This document shows, in pieces, positions 63,398 through 64,000 of a stretch of 64,000 nt of DNA. The notes below the pieces were generated by a model. The model was not told where the DNA came from. It did no database searches and worked only from the letters and a program-made list of their open reading frames with translations. The stretch lies in contig CM075994.1 in NCBI GenBank assembly GCA_038087875.1, positions 3,040,001 to 3,104,000 of the forward strand, read 5' to 3'. The first letter of the stretch is position 1, and every line of letters starts with the position of its first letter. Origin of the DNA: Malacoraja senta (Eukaryota). A program made the translations under genes and the position numbers.

Positions 63398-63900
63398 GTG
63401 GTGTAATCTGCAAACATGCACGGAGACTTGGATATGGTCGTATTGTCCTGATTGGAAAAGATTGTATAAGTATAGTAGTAAGAGATGAAGGGACCGAGAA
63501 GGCAATCCTTGCCGGGGCACCCCCCAATGCTCTGGCGGCCATTATTATGGCAGGGTTCTATTGTCACATATCCTCATTGCTTATAATCTATGGGTAAGAA
63601 AGTTGTGGATTCAATGTGTTATGTCATTGGTCCAGGTGTTTGGAGATGAGTTTGGATTATGGTATGATGTTGAGCGTGGAGCCGCAGTCGATAAATAGGA
63701 CTCCAACCTTGTTGTCTATGTATTCCAGGGATGAAGTTAAAACTAGGGAGATGGCATCGGCCTGGGGAACTTCTGCAACGCTAAGCAAACTGCAGTTGAT
63801 CAGTGCTGTCTGGCAGGCTGCATAAATATGTGGCATTATTGATTAAGAAGGACAGGCGATGTTTATTCAGGAATCATGCTGAAGATCCGTCGATAGCATG
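63398..63900 (-). mobile_element. Degenerate Rex1/Babar RT fragment
   Basis: Manual translation DQLQFA*R...DAISLVL...VLFIDCGSTLNIIP*SKLISK...MFAD. Confidence 0.7.
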
Positions 63901-64000
63901 AATTTGTTCATTATTTAGCGTGGTTTTCATCTTGACGCTTTAGTCATATTTTATGAATTAGATGTCTTTGATCTCTGCTACATGGTCCACTCCCGATTTC

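Overview
Repeat-rich vertebrate genomic DNA, most likely from a cartilaginous fish such as a skate or ray (inferred from the CR1, Rex1 and Penelope-type repeat landscape). A 200-N gap lies at 35364-35563. Nearly all long ORFs in the ORF track come from transposable elements: several CR1 families, L2, Rex1/Babar, RTE, a Tc1 fragment, a structurally complete but disabled DIRS tyrosine-recombinase retrotransposon (51100-55873) and a pol-less LTR element (17749-24864). Two signals are poorly shown by the ORF track. (1) A + strand host gene runs through most of the window as at least 21 symmetric phase-1 micro-exons (24-39 bp, often in 36+27 = 63 bp pairs). They splice into about 210 stop-free residues of predicted coiled coil. 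(2) The non-autonomous LTR element carries a captured ASPM-like IQ-repeat block just behind a Gag N-terminal remnant. Exon calls and family assignments were made by eye and need RNA-seq and database confirmation.
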